A DNA stretch of 64,000 nucleotides, taken from an uncultured delta proteobacterium (GTDB lineage: Bacteria > Desulfobacterota > WTBG01 > CAIYCZ01). A program made the position numbers and the translations under genes. Positions 46,964-57,797 of this stretch are shown here, piece by piece (positions within the stretch are counted from its first letter, which is position 1; each line of letters begins with the position of its first letter). Location: contig CAWDOY010000003.1 in the NCBI GenBank assembly GCA_963803975.1, positions 256,001 to 320,000 of the forward strand, given 5' to 3'. The notes under the pieces are model-generated. The model saw nothing but the letters and a program-made list of their open reading frames with translations, was not told where the DNA came from and made no database searches.

Positions 46964-49072
46964 TTAATTATTCAATGCTCCTTCCAGAATCCACGCTCGT
47001 TGTTTACCAGCTATTTCTTGATCAAACCCCATTTGACCAACATTTTCCGGATGATTTATCGGTGGGCTGGTTACCTGCACTATCTTGCTGTTGTCTGGAT
47101 CTCCGGGAATCACCACCGTTCCATTGATGCTTCCTTTCATCACCCCTTCATAACTCATCAGATCGAGTCCAGCGGATGCCGATTGGCCTTGATGACAGTT
47201 ATTGCACATAGTTTGATAGTAAGGAAGCATTTCGCAGGAGAATGAAACGGTAGTACTCGGCATATAGGGCGCCTTGATATTCGTACTTGTTTGCCCAAGG
47301 AGCCCGTCGTTATCTACCACGGTCAGCGAGACGGTGTAATTTCCCGGACAGGTGTAGGTGTGGGTGGGGTTCTGTTCCTCGCTGTTTGCACCGTCACCAA
47401 AATCCCACAAGTACAGTGAAATAGTCCCGTCCTGGTCTGTTGCACTGCCGGTAAATTTCACTTCAAGCGGGGTCTGTGTGCCCACTGCATCTGCGGTAAT
47501 GGCGGCAACCGGCGGCTTAAGCCTGCCGGTAATTTCATCCAGAGTTTTTATTAACAGTTTAGCCGGAGCATATGCGTTACCCTGCACATCACAATCCTTT
47601 ACCCAGTCGTTCCATGACGCTCCTCCAGAACATCCATCCATGCGCGGGATAACCTGGTTTGCCATGACAAAACGGGCCGCAGTATATTGCTTTTTTTCAA
47701 TGAGCTGATTTACCTCCAGTACCCAATTGGAAAGAATGCGTTTCAGCACGTTGAGTTTAAATAGAAAAGCAGAATCCGGCAAATCCTCAATCGCGTTCTG
47801 CAGCCCGCTTGCCTGAGAGCTGACAGACGGGGTAAAGATTTCTGCAATAGTAGCGAATTTACCAATCGAATACCCACCAATAATTATAGGTCTTCCATCT
47901 TTAAGAATCAGGGGATATGCAGGTGTTCGTTGAAACGCTATCGAGTCGGCGAATACAAAATCATTGGTATCCGGTCTAAAAAGAAACGTGGATGTCGAGA
48001 TTTGAGATTTACCATTCAGCCCTATAGGGGACATGACTGTTCCATCGAGCAGCCGCACGCTCAGAATATCAGTCTGGCCATGGGCTGGCCCCGTAATCTT
48101 AGTAAAGCTGTTTGTCTTGGGGTCATATATATCAGCGGCATTGCTAACAGTAGCGGGGGATGTGCTGTCGTCGAAGGAACCGGCAAGAATAACTCTGCCA
48201 TCCCGTAAAACCGATGCGCATGCGTTACATCCCATTGGAGCATGCGTTTCGCCTACGAAGGTAAACGTTTCGGTTATTGGATCAAAGCGATCGACTTTCG
48301 TGTTAGTATTTTTCAATCCGGGGCCTCGACTTCCACCAACCACAAGAACTGTTCCATCAAGGAGCTTGACGATATTATGGTACTGGCGGGGAACACTCAT
48401 TTTTGACTTCAGCAGCTTAAAGGTTCCGGTAGCAGGGTCATACAGTTCTGCAGTATCGTAAGCCATGGACCCAGCGCCACCAGCGTTGTTTCCTCCCCCG
48501 GCTATCAAAACCCTGCCGTCGTCTAAAAGAATTGCCATGAACATATTGCGAGGCACTTTCATAGACCCGGTAGGAGTAAAAGTGTTCGTTTTAGGATCAA
48601 AAATCTCAGCGCTATCATGGACCTTTGCTCCGGGAGCATTAGGGTTGTCGAAATTGCGACCACCCGCAATAAGCACTCTTCCATCGCGCATTGTTACAAT
48701 GGTATAAATGCTCCGTCTTGCCTCGGACATGGTAGCAGGGACCTTGGTAAAACTTCGTGTTGCAGGGTCAAATATTTCAGCTGTATTAAGAATTGTTAAT
48801 TCTTTGCCAGAAGCACCACCCACAATTAAAACCCTCCCGTCTTTAAGCACAGCTTGACCGTGTTGAATGCGCCCTGCTGTCATTGGGCCTGTGGGTGACC
48901 AGGTGCCTCGTTCACACCCGAAGTCCACTCCTTTTAGTGAATCCGGTGTATGGCACTGATAGCATGCTTCCGGATTCCTGCAATTACCTGCGCCAGTGAT
49001 AGAATAGCCAGGTGTTACACAACATATAATCAACACTGCTGCTGCTAAAACGATTATCCACTTTCCCTTCAT
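46964..49072 (-). CDS. Secreted Kelch-propeller protein with PKD domain and two c-type heme motifs
   Basis: CYQCH; DGRVLIxGG..AEIFDP repeats; WDFGDG; CNNCH..GLDL..VIPGDPDNS; ATG 49072 after GGGAG. Confidence 0.85.
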   Translation of the reverse strand: MKGKWIIVLAAAVLIICCVTPGYSITGAGNCRNPEACYQCHTPDSLKGVDFGCERGTWSPTGPMTAGRIQHGQAVLKDGRVLIVGGASGKELTILNTAEIFDPATRSFTKVPATMSEARRSIYTIVTMRDGRVLIAGGRNFDNPNAPGAKVHDSAEIFDPKTNTFTPTGSMKVPRNMFMAILLDDGRVLIAGGGNNAGGAGSMAYDTAELYDPATGTFKLLKSKMSVPRQYHNIVKLLDGTVLVVGGSRGPGLKNTNTKVDRFDPITETFTFVGETHAPMGCNACASVLRDGRVILAGSFDDSTSPATVSNAADIYDPKTNSFTKITGPAHGQTDILSVRLLDGTVMSPIGLNGKSQISTSTFLFRPDTNDFVFADSIAFQRTPAYPLILKDGRPIIIGGYSIGKFATIAEIFTPSVSSQASGLQNAIEDLPDSAFLFKLNVLKRILSNWVLEVNQLIEKKQYTAARFVMANQVIPRMDGCSGGASWNDWVKDCDVQGNAYAPAKLLIKTLDEITGRLKPPVAAITADAVGTQTPLEVKFTGSATDQDGTISLYLWDFGDGANSEEQNPTHTYTCPGNYTVSLTVVDNDGLLGQTSTNIKAPYMPSTTVSFSCEMLPYYQTMCNNCHQGQSASAGLDLMSYEGVMKGSINGTVVIPGDPDNSKIVQVTSPPINHPENVGQMGFDQEIAGKQRAWILEGALNN

Positions 49073-49138
49073 GGTTGTCTCCCTTGCATGTTTGTTTAAT
49101 AAAAATGTCCTCAACCACCCATCCCCTAAGCGACAAAT

Positions 49139-49227
49139 AAAAAACCTCCACCAGCAAACAGGCTGATAGAGGTTCAGATTTTCAGCTAATCGATATCGGA
49201 TATTATGTCATTCCTGAATTTACACAT
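49139..49227 (-). promoter_or_regulatory. Leader ORF (MCKFRNDIISDID*) plus conserved terminator hairpin
   Basis: AGAGGGG RBS, ATG 49227-TAG 49186, hairpin gaacctctatcagc..gctggtggaggtt + T6. Confidence 0.6.
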
Positions 49228-49416
49228 TGGATACCCCTCTTGCAGCGAAAAAAAGTATATTGCCATACGAAATAAAATGTCAATGAGAATGTTTACAAAA
49301 ATCTGTAATTTGACTTGCTCAGAAAAAGTTGATAAAGGATATACTCAGTGACTATTAATTAAATTTAAGTGCCACGGACATAAACCCGTGGATATCTACT
49401 GTCGCAAAAAGATGAT

Positions 49417-50499
49417 GTGAAAAAGATTTTAATCCTGTTACTGATTTCAGGCTTTCCGTTTTATTCCGCCCGGGCATTCGAGTCCGTGCTTGAGCCGGGT
49501 CCTTACCAGGCAGGGCACCAGACCTGGATGCTTGAGGACACCAGCCGGGGTGTTGCGCCCTATAATAACAGCAAGGGCTCGGACACCCGGAAGCTGGTCA
49601 CCGAGATATGGTATCCGTCCGATGATGTCAGCTGGACCATTTCAGGCAGGAACGCGCCGCTAACCGCATCGCCCGGGCCTTTCCCGCTGATAGTTTACAG
49701 CCACGGTATTTTGTCGGAAAGGATGGAGACTGTATATCTGGCACGCTACCTTGCCACTCAGGGGGTTGTGTTCATGTCGTTTACCGCACCCGCAACCAGC
49801 CTGTACAATGCCGGAAATCTGAACTATGGGGATATTGTCAACCTTCCCGGTGATGTCAGCTTTTTGATTGACGAAATACTCAAGCGCAACGCGGACCCCT
49901 CCAGCCCTTTTTATGCAAAGATTGACGAGGCATGCATCGGAGCCGCAGGCACATCGCTGGGAGCCGGCGTGAGCCTGATGGCCGGATTCAAATCGGGCCT
50001 GCGGGACCCGCGCCTGTCGCTGGTGGTTACCTTTGCTGCCGGCGCACGTGAGGACCCGGCGCAGACCATCTTTGACAGCCCGGATATTGCCGTTCCCCTG
50101 CTGCTCATTCACGGCGATATCGACGCCATTATCCCCTATGATGAAAATGCGCCCGTGCTGCTCAGTGCCGCCCCCGGTCCGGCATATCTGCTGACCCTGA
50201 TTGGGGGGACTCACACCGGGTTTGCGCATGTGTCCACGCTGTTCTTTCTGACCGATAATGTGGACAATGTCGGATGCGCTGCCCTGTCAATGGCGGGGCT
50301 GGATCTGTGCGATTTGCCCCTGCCAGCCGGGATGGATCCGCAGCGGCAGCATGATCTTACGGCAATGGCAACCTGGAACTTTATTGCCATGCATTTCTCC
50401 GGGGATTTGAAAAAGCGCGCTCAGGCGGCTGAATTTTTACTGAACACCATGCCGGAGAAGTACGGTGAGGAGATTGCGATTCAGTCAAACGGGAAGTGA
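49417..50499 (+). CDS. Secreted alpha/beta hydrolase (PAF-acetylhydrolase/chlorophyllase-like)
   Basis: IWYP, PLIVYSHG, GTSLG nucleophile elbow, GDID, GGTH. Confidence 0.82.
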   Translation: MKKILILLLISGFPFYSARAFESVLEPGPYQAGHQTWMLEDTSRGVAPYNNSKGSDTRKLVTEIWYPSDDVSWTISGRNAPLTASPGPFPLIVYSHGILSERMETVYLARYLATQGVVFMSFTAPATSLYNAGNLNYGDIVNLPGDVSFLIDEILKRNADPSSPFYAKIDEACIGAAGTSLGAGVSLMAGFKSGLRDPRLSLVVTFAAGAREDPAQTIFDSPDIAVPLLLIHGDIDAIIPYDENAPVLLSAAPGPAYLLTLIGGTHTGFAHVSTLFFLTDNVDNVGCAALSMAGLDLCDLPLPAGMDPQRQHDLTAMATWNFIAMHFSGDLKKRAQAAEFLLNTMPEKYGEEIAIQSNGK

Positions 50500-50557
50500 T
50501 AAATAAGTGCGTTTGATTGCACAGCCGTTCAACAAACAATTTTCCCAAGGAGGCAGT

Positions 50558-52469
50558 ATGAAAAAATTGCTGTTATGGGTTCTTGTCTCATTAATACCGC
50601 TGGCTTTAAGCCCTGGCTGCATTAAGAATGAAAAGATCGGCATTCTGCTCATTGATGTGGGGACGCCGGAGGGAAATGACCTTCGGTTTTATACAGATTT
50701 TTTTGGCGGCAGCAAGGATGTTTTCTTCCCCGGCTGGTTTGCCGGCGGCCCGTTTGAGGGAACTGACTGCTATACGGTTATTCACTATGCTGATGAAGCA
50801 GAGGCTGCCGCTTGCAATGTAGCAGAAGGGACTCCCATTGATGCTTTCTGCAATGAATATAAGGGAACACTATCCCATATTCTCGCTCAATGATGTCGGG
50901 TCGAGCGGCGATAACAGTTTTGCCGCAGACTGTTATACGTTTGGACCAGGGGTGCCCCCGATAGCTTTTTTTGTTTTAAGCGCGGGCAGCACCGTTGACC
51001 CTTCCACCGGAGAGACGATCATGGGCCCTGTTGTCAAAGACCCTGCTGCCGGCGGAGCCGGGGTGCCTGATTTTTTCGAAGTGAGCACGTTTAATCGCAT
51101 GCAATGGCTCTACACGCTCCCGGGACGGAAAGATCCGCATCGCAAAGTTGCCCTGAAGTTTTTCTACGGCAATGAGGCGCCCGGCTATGAGTCTGATTCG
51201 CCTGAATTGTCGAATATTAAAGACCGGCTCATTGAACTGCTGCCACAACATCAACTGGTATTTCGCAACGGTTGGGAAGGCTATATGGAAAATCAGGATG
51301 CCTACGGCAATCCTGAAAAAATCAGCGACAGCACGGAGACCGCAATTGATGAGCTCATAAACCAGGAAAAGGTCAGCCGCATAGTGGTGGTGTATGTCAA
51401 CTCTGCATTTAACAATTATTCCCCCTATGGCCATGAATGGGTTGATGAGAATGGCGAAGGCGTAAGTGCCCTGCCGGGTAAGACCTACAAAGAGTGTATT
51501 GAAGACATCACTGACGGAAAAGGGCCTGCTACCCAGGAAGCGCTTAATGAGTATCTCACCTACAAGCCATTTGAGAAGCACTGGCAGCATGTGTACCCGC
51601 TCGCTGCAGAGCTGATAAAGAAATACGACCCTGATATGCCCGTTTCTTTTGCCCCGGCTTTTGGCAAACACGACGAATACTATAAAGCCGGGCTGGAGAC
51701 CGTCAAGTATGCAATAGAAAAATATAATATCCCCAAGACCGCAGCCTTAAAGGTCCTCGTACCCCACCACGGATATTATAGTGCGTACCTGAAGGCGCAG
51801 GACTGCGATGCCTATTTCAAAATAACAGATGAAATTATGGCAAAGGCAGTTGCAACGATAAAAAACGGCCTTGAGTGGACGGGAAAGCTTGAAGTGGTTG
51901 CCGCCGGCATTGAGTTTGCGGAAGGCTCCTATGATGCGGCAAGCACAGCTAAGCCCACCGGCAGCGTTATGAGTGCCGGCGAGGTCATTGATGCCTCAAT
52001 AAACGGCACCTATGTAAATGCTCTGGGTAAGGTCATTGACAATGGTACGGATAATTTTGAGTACATCATCGTTAATCCCTATGGCCGGACAGAATCGCAG
52101 GATTCGGTTTATGGCATTCGGGAGGAGACCCACGGAAACTTTGCTATTACATCACTGGGTTACCGGCGCGATAAAAATGATGAGGACGGCGAAGCGTGGA
52201 ATGCAGATGATATTGACGAGGAATTTTATTCTGTGCGCACCTTTGATGCAACAGGCTGGCCAAGCCATCCCGGCTGCATAGAAGACTCTGCCAACTGCCA
52301 AAAGAGTCAGCCGGTGTATAAGGGCAGCGCTGAGAAACCTACTACAGTAATTGTCTGTGGTGCAATCACGGTTAACTCCAAGCGAGTCGGCAGAGATCTG
52401 CTGGTGGAGGCATCTGTCAAATCTATTATCGAGGCTGTCGAAAATCCAGAGTCACGAGGGGTTCATTAG
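50558..52469 (+). CDS. Lipoprotein with possible ferrochelatase-like fold (frameshift near 50865)
   Basis: Lipobox SPGC; KIGILLIDVGTP, AIDEL..VSRIVVV, VLVPHHG. Confidence 0.55.
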
Positions 52470-52506
52470 ACATCGTATCAATTATTAATTTTATCATGGA
52501 GGTTCT

Positions 52507-53861
52507 ATGAAGAGACAAAGACTTACGGCGCTGGTGCTTGTTGCCATGGCATGCATGTTTATTGCGTGTTCTGAAAGCAACATGGAATTTCTAAGCGAAA
52601 AAATAGAGATAGCAGCCAATCCCAAACTGGCAGAGTGGATACCGCGGACTGCCTATAATTCAGTGGATGATGAGTTTCTGGTGGTCTGGACAGAACAGGG
52701 CGGGCGGGTGCAGGGAGGCGGTTCGCAGTACGGCATAGTTGCCCAGCGGTTTTCCACAAAAGGAGAGAAAATAGGCGCGAGCTTCAGGCCGGCAGGACCG
52801 CCGTTAAACACTATCCTGCTTATACCGACACCCGAATATGACAAGTTCACCAATCAATACCTGATGGCCTACACGATGAGCCAGAGCGGCACCGGCTTTG
52901 ACGAATTCGCGTCAATGTTTGACAGCAAAGGTGAAATAGTCAAGCAGCCATTCCCCCTTTCGGATAAAGCCCAAAAGCCAGATGCACTCCCGGGTCGCCT
53001 TTAATACCTTAAAGCGCCAGTTTTTTGTTACCTATAACAGCAGTGAAGACAGTACTGTTGCCAGCCCTGATATAAAAGGAGTTATTGTGGATGAAGCCGG
53101 CAGCCCGGTTGGAGATGAGCTGATCATCAACAATGTTCCCGGGGATGAATATAATCCCTATATAGTCTATAACCCGACTGATGACACCTATCTTGTCAAC
53201 TGGGAAGATTTCCGGCACGTCCCCACCTGGGAGCAGAATGGCGATATTTACGGTACGCTGCTTGACGGCAACGGCAAGGTTCTGGTCAATGACATTGCCA
53301 TGATTGATGATTTCGGCACAGCTGATGAAGGCGACCAGCGGCACAATGAAATAGCGTACAATTCGGACCGCAATGAGTTTTTTGCCTGCTGGACTGATAT
53401 GGCTCCTTCGCTGGACAATGTCGGCGTGCGGGGACGGTTCATAACAGCGGACGGGAAGCCTGACGGTCCGGTATTTACCATAGCAGACGCGCCTGGCCCG
53501 CAGATATATCCCCACCCCGTCTATGTCCCGGCTGTAAAAAAATATTTTATTGTATGGGAAGACGGCAGAAACGAGGAAGACCCGAGCGTTAACTGGCGCA
53601 AAGCGACCAACCTTGATATCTATGGCAAATGGATGAGCCCGGACGGCAAGACCTTCAGCGATGAAATAGTGTTCTGTGATGACCCGGGCGTGCAGCGCTA
53701 CTCATCCAGTCAGTTATTCTGAAAAAAGCAACCGCATGCTGGTTGCCTGGCAGGATATTGTAGATGAAGACCTGAGCCTGGGTGAAACAGATGGGCAAAC
53801 CGGGCAGCACATTAAAGAGCAGGGCGGAAATGTCTATGCCATAGCATACGGCCTGCCCTGA
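52507..53861 (+). CDS. Beta-propeller-like lipoprotein (frameshifts near 52975 and 53705)
   Basis: Lipobox FIAC; repeated AYNxxxxxxLVxWxD blades. Confidence 0.7.
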
Positions 53862-53966
53862 GAATTATACCGCCCTGATGAGAAGCAGCAGGCTTGTGCG
53901 ATAAATGCTTCTCTAAACTTTTGGGCTATGGGGTTGTTCTTATTTAAGATTACAGATATATTACAC

Positions 53967-54094
53967 CAGCATTACCTTTTGGTAATCATCATCTCATCTG
54001 CTTGCGTCCGCAGAATAATGTACTATAATTATACCATATGGACCCCTTGTTACAACCCTCGATGGTTCTACCCTCCTCCATCGAGGGTTTTTTT
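53967..54094 (+). ncRNA. Candidate small RNA unit, copy 2
   Basis: TTGCGT..TATAAT; perfect 12-bp stem aaccctcgatgg/ccatcgagggtt, loop ttctaccctcct, U tract. Confidence 0.55.
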
Positions 54095-54477
54095 AACGCA
54101 TTTGCTGACTCTTTTAATCAGCTTCCAAATCAGTATGAATGGGGTGCAGTTTCTTCGATATTTATTTTAACTGGTCTCCCGGTTATGGTTTTTTAACAAG
54201 GACAGATAATCTCTTCTTTCGATTAATTCGATACTAAAATAATTATTTAAATTATCTTTATAATATGATATTAAGCTATATTATGTTTTTAGCAATTACC
54301 TGTGTTATGTGCATCGTAGCACCCTATAGTTTATTCTATTCTATCATAAATAAAGAGTTGATTATTTATGATAATTATGTTATTTACTACTAATATGGTC
54401 AGACAATGAATTTAATAAATTAACTAAGGATAGTAATTCTAAAAGACTATTACTCATTTTTTTGTGCAGTAAGAACC

Positions 54478-54651
54478 ATGAAAAATGTATCAACACCCAG
54501 TTGGGATGAAATTAAACAAAGAATTAAAGATCATAAACCGTATCAATGCAAGTTTCCCAAGTGTAAAACTAAAGTGCTGAGACCTGATACGTTTTGTGAT
54601 TATCATGATTCACGGGTCTTTAATTTCAGAAAAAAACACTTTGGCGGATAA
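54478..54651 (+). CDS. 57-aa putative CCCH zinc-binding microprotein
   Basis: MKNVSTPSWDEIKQRIKDHKPYQCKFPKCKTKVLRPDTFCDYHDSRVFNFRKKHFGG*; C-x4-C-x10-C-x2-H; weak RBS. Confidence 0.5.
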   Translation: MKNVSTPSWDEIKQRIKDHKPYQCKFPKCKTKVLRPDTFCDYHDSRVFNFRKKHFGG

Positions 54652-54662
54652 CTTTCCTTATT

Positions 54663-56253
54663 TTATTTCCGCTCCCTGCGTTTGATTTCCTCAATGAGTA
54701 TTAGCTCTCCCAGGTCACCCGGAAGGCATATTACCGCCCTGCCCCCGTTTATCCGCGAAATCTCTCTGACAAATTCTACCAGCACCGGGCTGCTGTCGAG
54801 CATAAAAGTGTCAATGTGAATGCCCTCGGCAGTTGCCTTTTTAACTTCAGTGAGTGTTGCCTTGCAGGCATTCGGACTGATTCCGTACATGGTGGTCGGA
54901 AATTCGATGTGCAGCTCCTCGTTTTTCTCAAAATAGGCTGTCGGCTGGCCATCGGTGAGAACGATAATACGGTTATTCCTCGCCCCGCTCCTTTTGATAA
55001 GCTCCATGGCCTTCCTGACACCGGCCTGCAGGTTGGTGAACGCATGTCCCATATCCCATACCGCAAGCGCCAGCTCCTTTGCCTGAAGCTCCCGTGCATA
55101 GGTGGAAAAACCGACAACGTGGAAACGGTCTTTGGGGAACTTGGTTCTGATGTAATAGTCAAGCGCCAGCGCGACCTTCTTTGCTGCCTTGAACCGCCGC
55201 TCCCACGACATTGACCAGGAAAGGTCCAGGAGCAGTATTGTCGTCGATGTTATAAGCTGCTCCCTCTCCCGCACATAAAAATCATCGACCAGCAGCTTGA
55301 GCTTTTTTGTCGCTGCCGGCGTCCGTTTTACTGCGTTAAGCACAGTCCGGGTAATGTCCAGATCAAACCGGTCACCGAACTGGTACGGCCGCGCGGAATC
55401 CGGCTCTATTTCACCCGTCTGCACGCCGGTGCCCTGGTATCGCCCTGATCGGTCGCGCTTCACCATGTGGTACAAATCTCCAAAGGCCATCTCTCCAATA
55501 GAGCGGATGCCCCTGGGTGTCAGATCAAATCCTTCTTTGCCAAATTGCACCAGGCCTTCTGCAGTAAGCTCATACTGGTACCTGCATCAGAATCATGAAT
55601 GACTGTGCAGCCTCGTCACCAAGAAGTTTTTGGAGCGTCTCGATGTCAATTTTCTTCCAGTTGCCGGAGGAAATCTGCTGGATGGTTTCCTCGATGGATT
55701 TAAACTGCCGCATCAGCTCAAGGGCCTGCTCAAAATTAAGATACTCCGTGCCGTAAAACTTTTCACCCCATTGGCTGTAAAACTCCATGAGATCAAGGAT
55801 ATCCGCAGTGCGCCCGTTCCACGCATCATAAAGCTCCCGGCTCTCCTCATGGGAAAAAGGAAAGTCTTTGAGGCTTGCTATTTTTTCCAAAAGGCCCGGA
55901 GCGAGTTCGCTGAATAACGGCGCAGGTTCAAGCCCTTCTTCGACCCGTGTCTGTGCTTCCTGCCGCAGCAGCTTCTCTATATCATTGATTGGGTCGTCAA
56001 AGACCTTTTGCAGGTTATATTTTGAAAACAGTTCGTCCTTTTGCTGCTGCAGCTGCTGGAGGATATCTTTGAGCCCCATTACCTGAAAATCCATGCCCGT
56101 AAGGGGAAACCCTTCCCAGAGCATCTGTGCAAGGGCCATGTTAGGGCTCATGCCCTCCATGATATTATCAATGAAACTTTTTATTATGTCATTGCGCGCC
56201 AGGCTGAACGGTGTCTGCGTTCCATCCCACGAACTGTATACAATGGTTTTCAT
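54663..56253 (-). CDS. VWA domain protein (frameshift near 55575)
   Basis: YSSWDGTQ N-terminus; DLSWSM MIDAS, TNLQAG, LTDGQPT. Confidence 0.85.
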
Positions 56254-57651
56254 TTATAGACTATCCTGCCGTTAAACACTTCCCGGTTCAGTTTATTGGA
56301 AAGATGAAGGCCTTCAAGAATAAATTCTATGGCAGAGGAAGCTTCTGCAGGGCATTCCGGGTTTACGAGTGCAGGTGACCGCATCTTTCAGCCCCGGTAT
56401 GTTTCTCAGCCCGTCCAGGTATTCGACGGAAGGAATTGATGGTGAAACCTCAGCAGCGATGCCATTGTTAAATGCGCTGATAATGGAAGAAAGTTCTTCA
56501 ACCTTAAACATTTCGTCAAACACCACCTTTGTTGCCCGCTTGGCAAGCTCCTCTACGATCTCTCCCTCTCTGCGGTCCTTGCCGCCGTACTCAAGCTCCA
56601 GTTTTCCGGCGATTGCCGGGAAGGTCATCTCAATGTCCGTAATGCGCGGCACCACTTTTTTCTCGCTCAGCTCAAAACAGCGGCGTGCCGCGCTGCCCAG
56701 TATTGCCTCAAAGCTCCTGATGGTTGCCCTGCAGCTGACACCTGAATGCTGACTGATATCGGGGCTGCTGCGCGCCTGCAGGGTCATCTCCGCAAGAATC
56801 TCCTTAATAAACGGCGGAATGCTGCAGGTAAGCCCGTCCAGGTCCATTTTTCTCGCTTCCTGTTCCATAATGTCTATCTCAATGCTGCGCTGCCGGGGAT
56901 AGTGGGTTTTAATCTGTGAGTCAAAACGGTCTTTGAGCGGGGTAATGATTCTTCCCCGGCTGGTATAATCTTCAGGGTTGGCACTGGCAATCACCATCAC
57001 GTCAAGCGGCAGCCTGACCGGAAATCCCTTGATTTGAAAATCACGCTCCTCCATGATGTTAAAGAGTGCAACCTGTATTTTTTCTGCAAGGTCAGGCAGC
57101 TCATTGATGGCAAAAATGCCGCGATTCGCCCGCGGCGCAAGCCCGAAATGAATGGATGTTTCATCATCCAACGTCCGGCCTTCGGAGATTTTGATCGGGT
57201 CAATTTCACCGATGAGGTCGGCAGTGCTCACGTCTGAAGTTGCAAGCTTTTCCACCAGTCTTCTGTCACGCGGTATCCAGGCTATCGGAATGTCATCGCC
57301 GTAAAGCTGCACGTTTTTTTGGCAATCCGCACAAACAGGTGCATAGGGATTATCATGTATCGGACATCCGTCAATTGCTGGAATATATTCATCAAGAAAA
57401 TGTACCAGTCCCCGGATAATCCGGCTCTTGCCCTGCCCTCTTTCTCCCAGGATTATCATAGTATGCCCGCACAGGATGGCATTGATAACCCGGGGAATGA
57501 CCGTGTCATCGTACCCTTTCAGGTCAGCAAATAACGGTTTTTTAGCTGCAAGCATCCGTATCAGGTTGCTGCGCATTTCTTCGCGCACTGTTTGAATATG
57601 CGGGTACTGTTTCCTTAAGTCGCCACGTTTCCTTATTTTGGTAAAATCCAT
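56250..57651 (-). CDS. ChlI/MoxR-related AAA+ ATPase (frameshift near 56372)
   Basis: GERGQGKS, INELPDL, SANPEDYT.RGRIITPLKDRF; shifted frame ends EFILEGLHL..IVYK* overlapping the VWA start. Confidence 0.88.
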
Positions 57652-57797
57652 ATGCTGCTCAACTCCTTTTGCATGATTTTATTTTTTTGAGTATACCATA
57701 ATTTCAACTGATTGTTTTGCGCTTTTAATTTAATTTTATATGCGATCTGAAAATGTTATAGTATGTCAGACAGGTGATGCTATAATCGGGAGCATAC

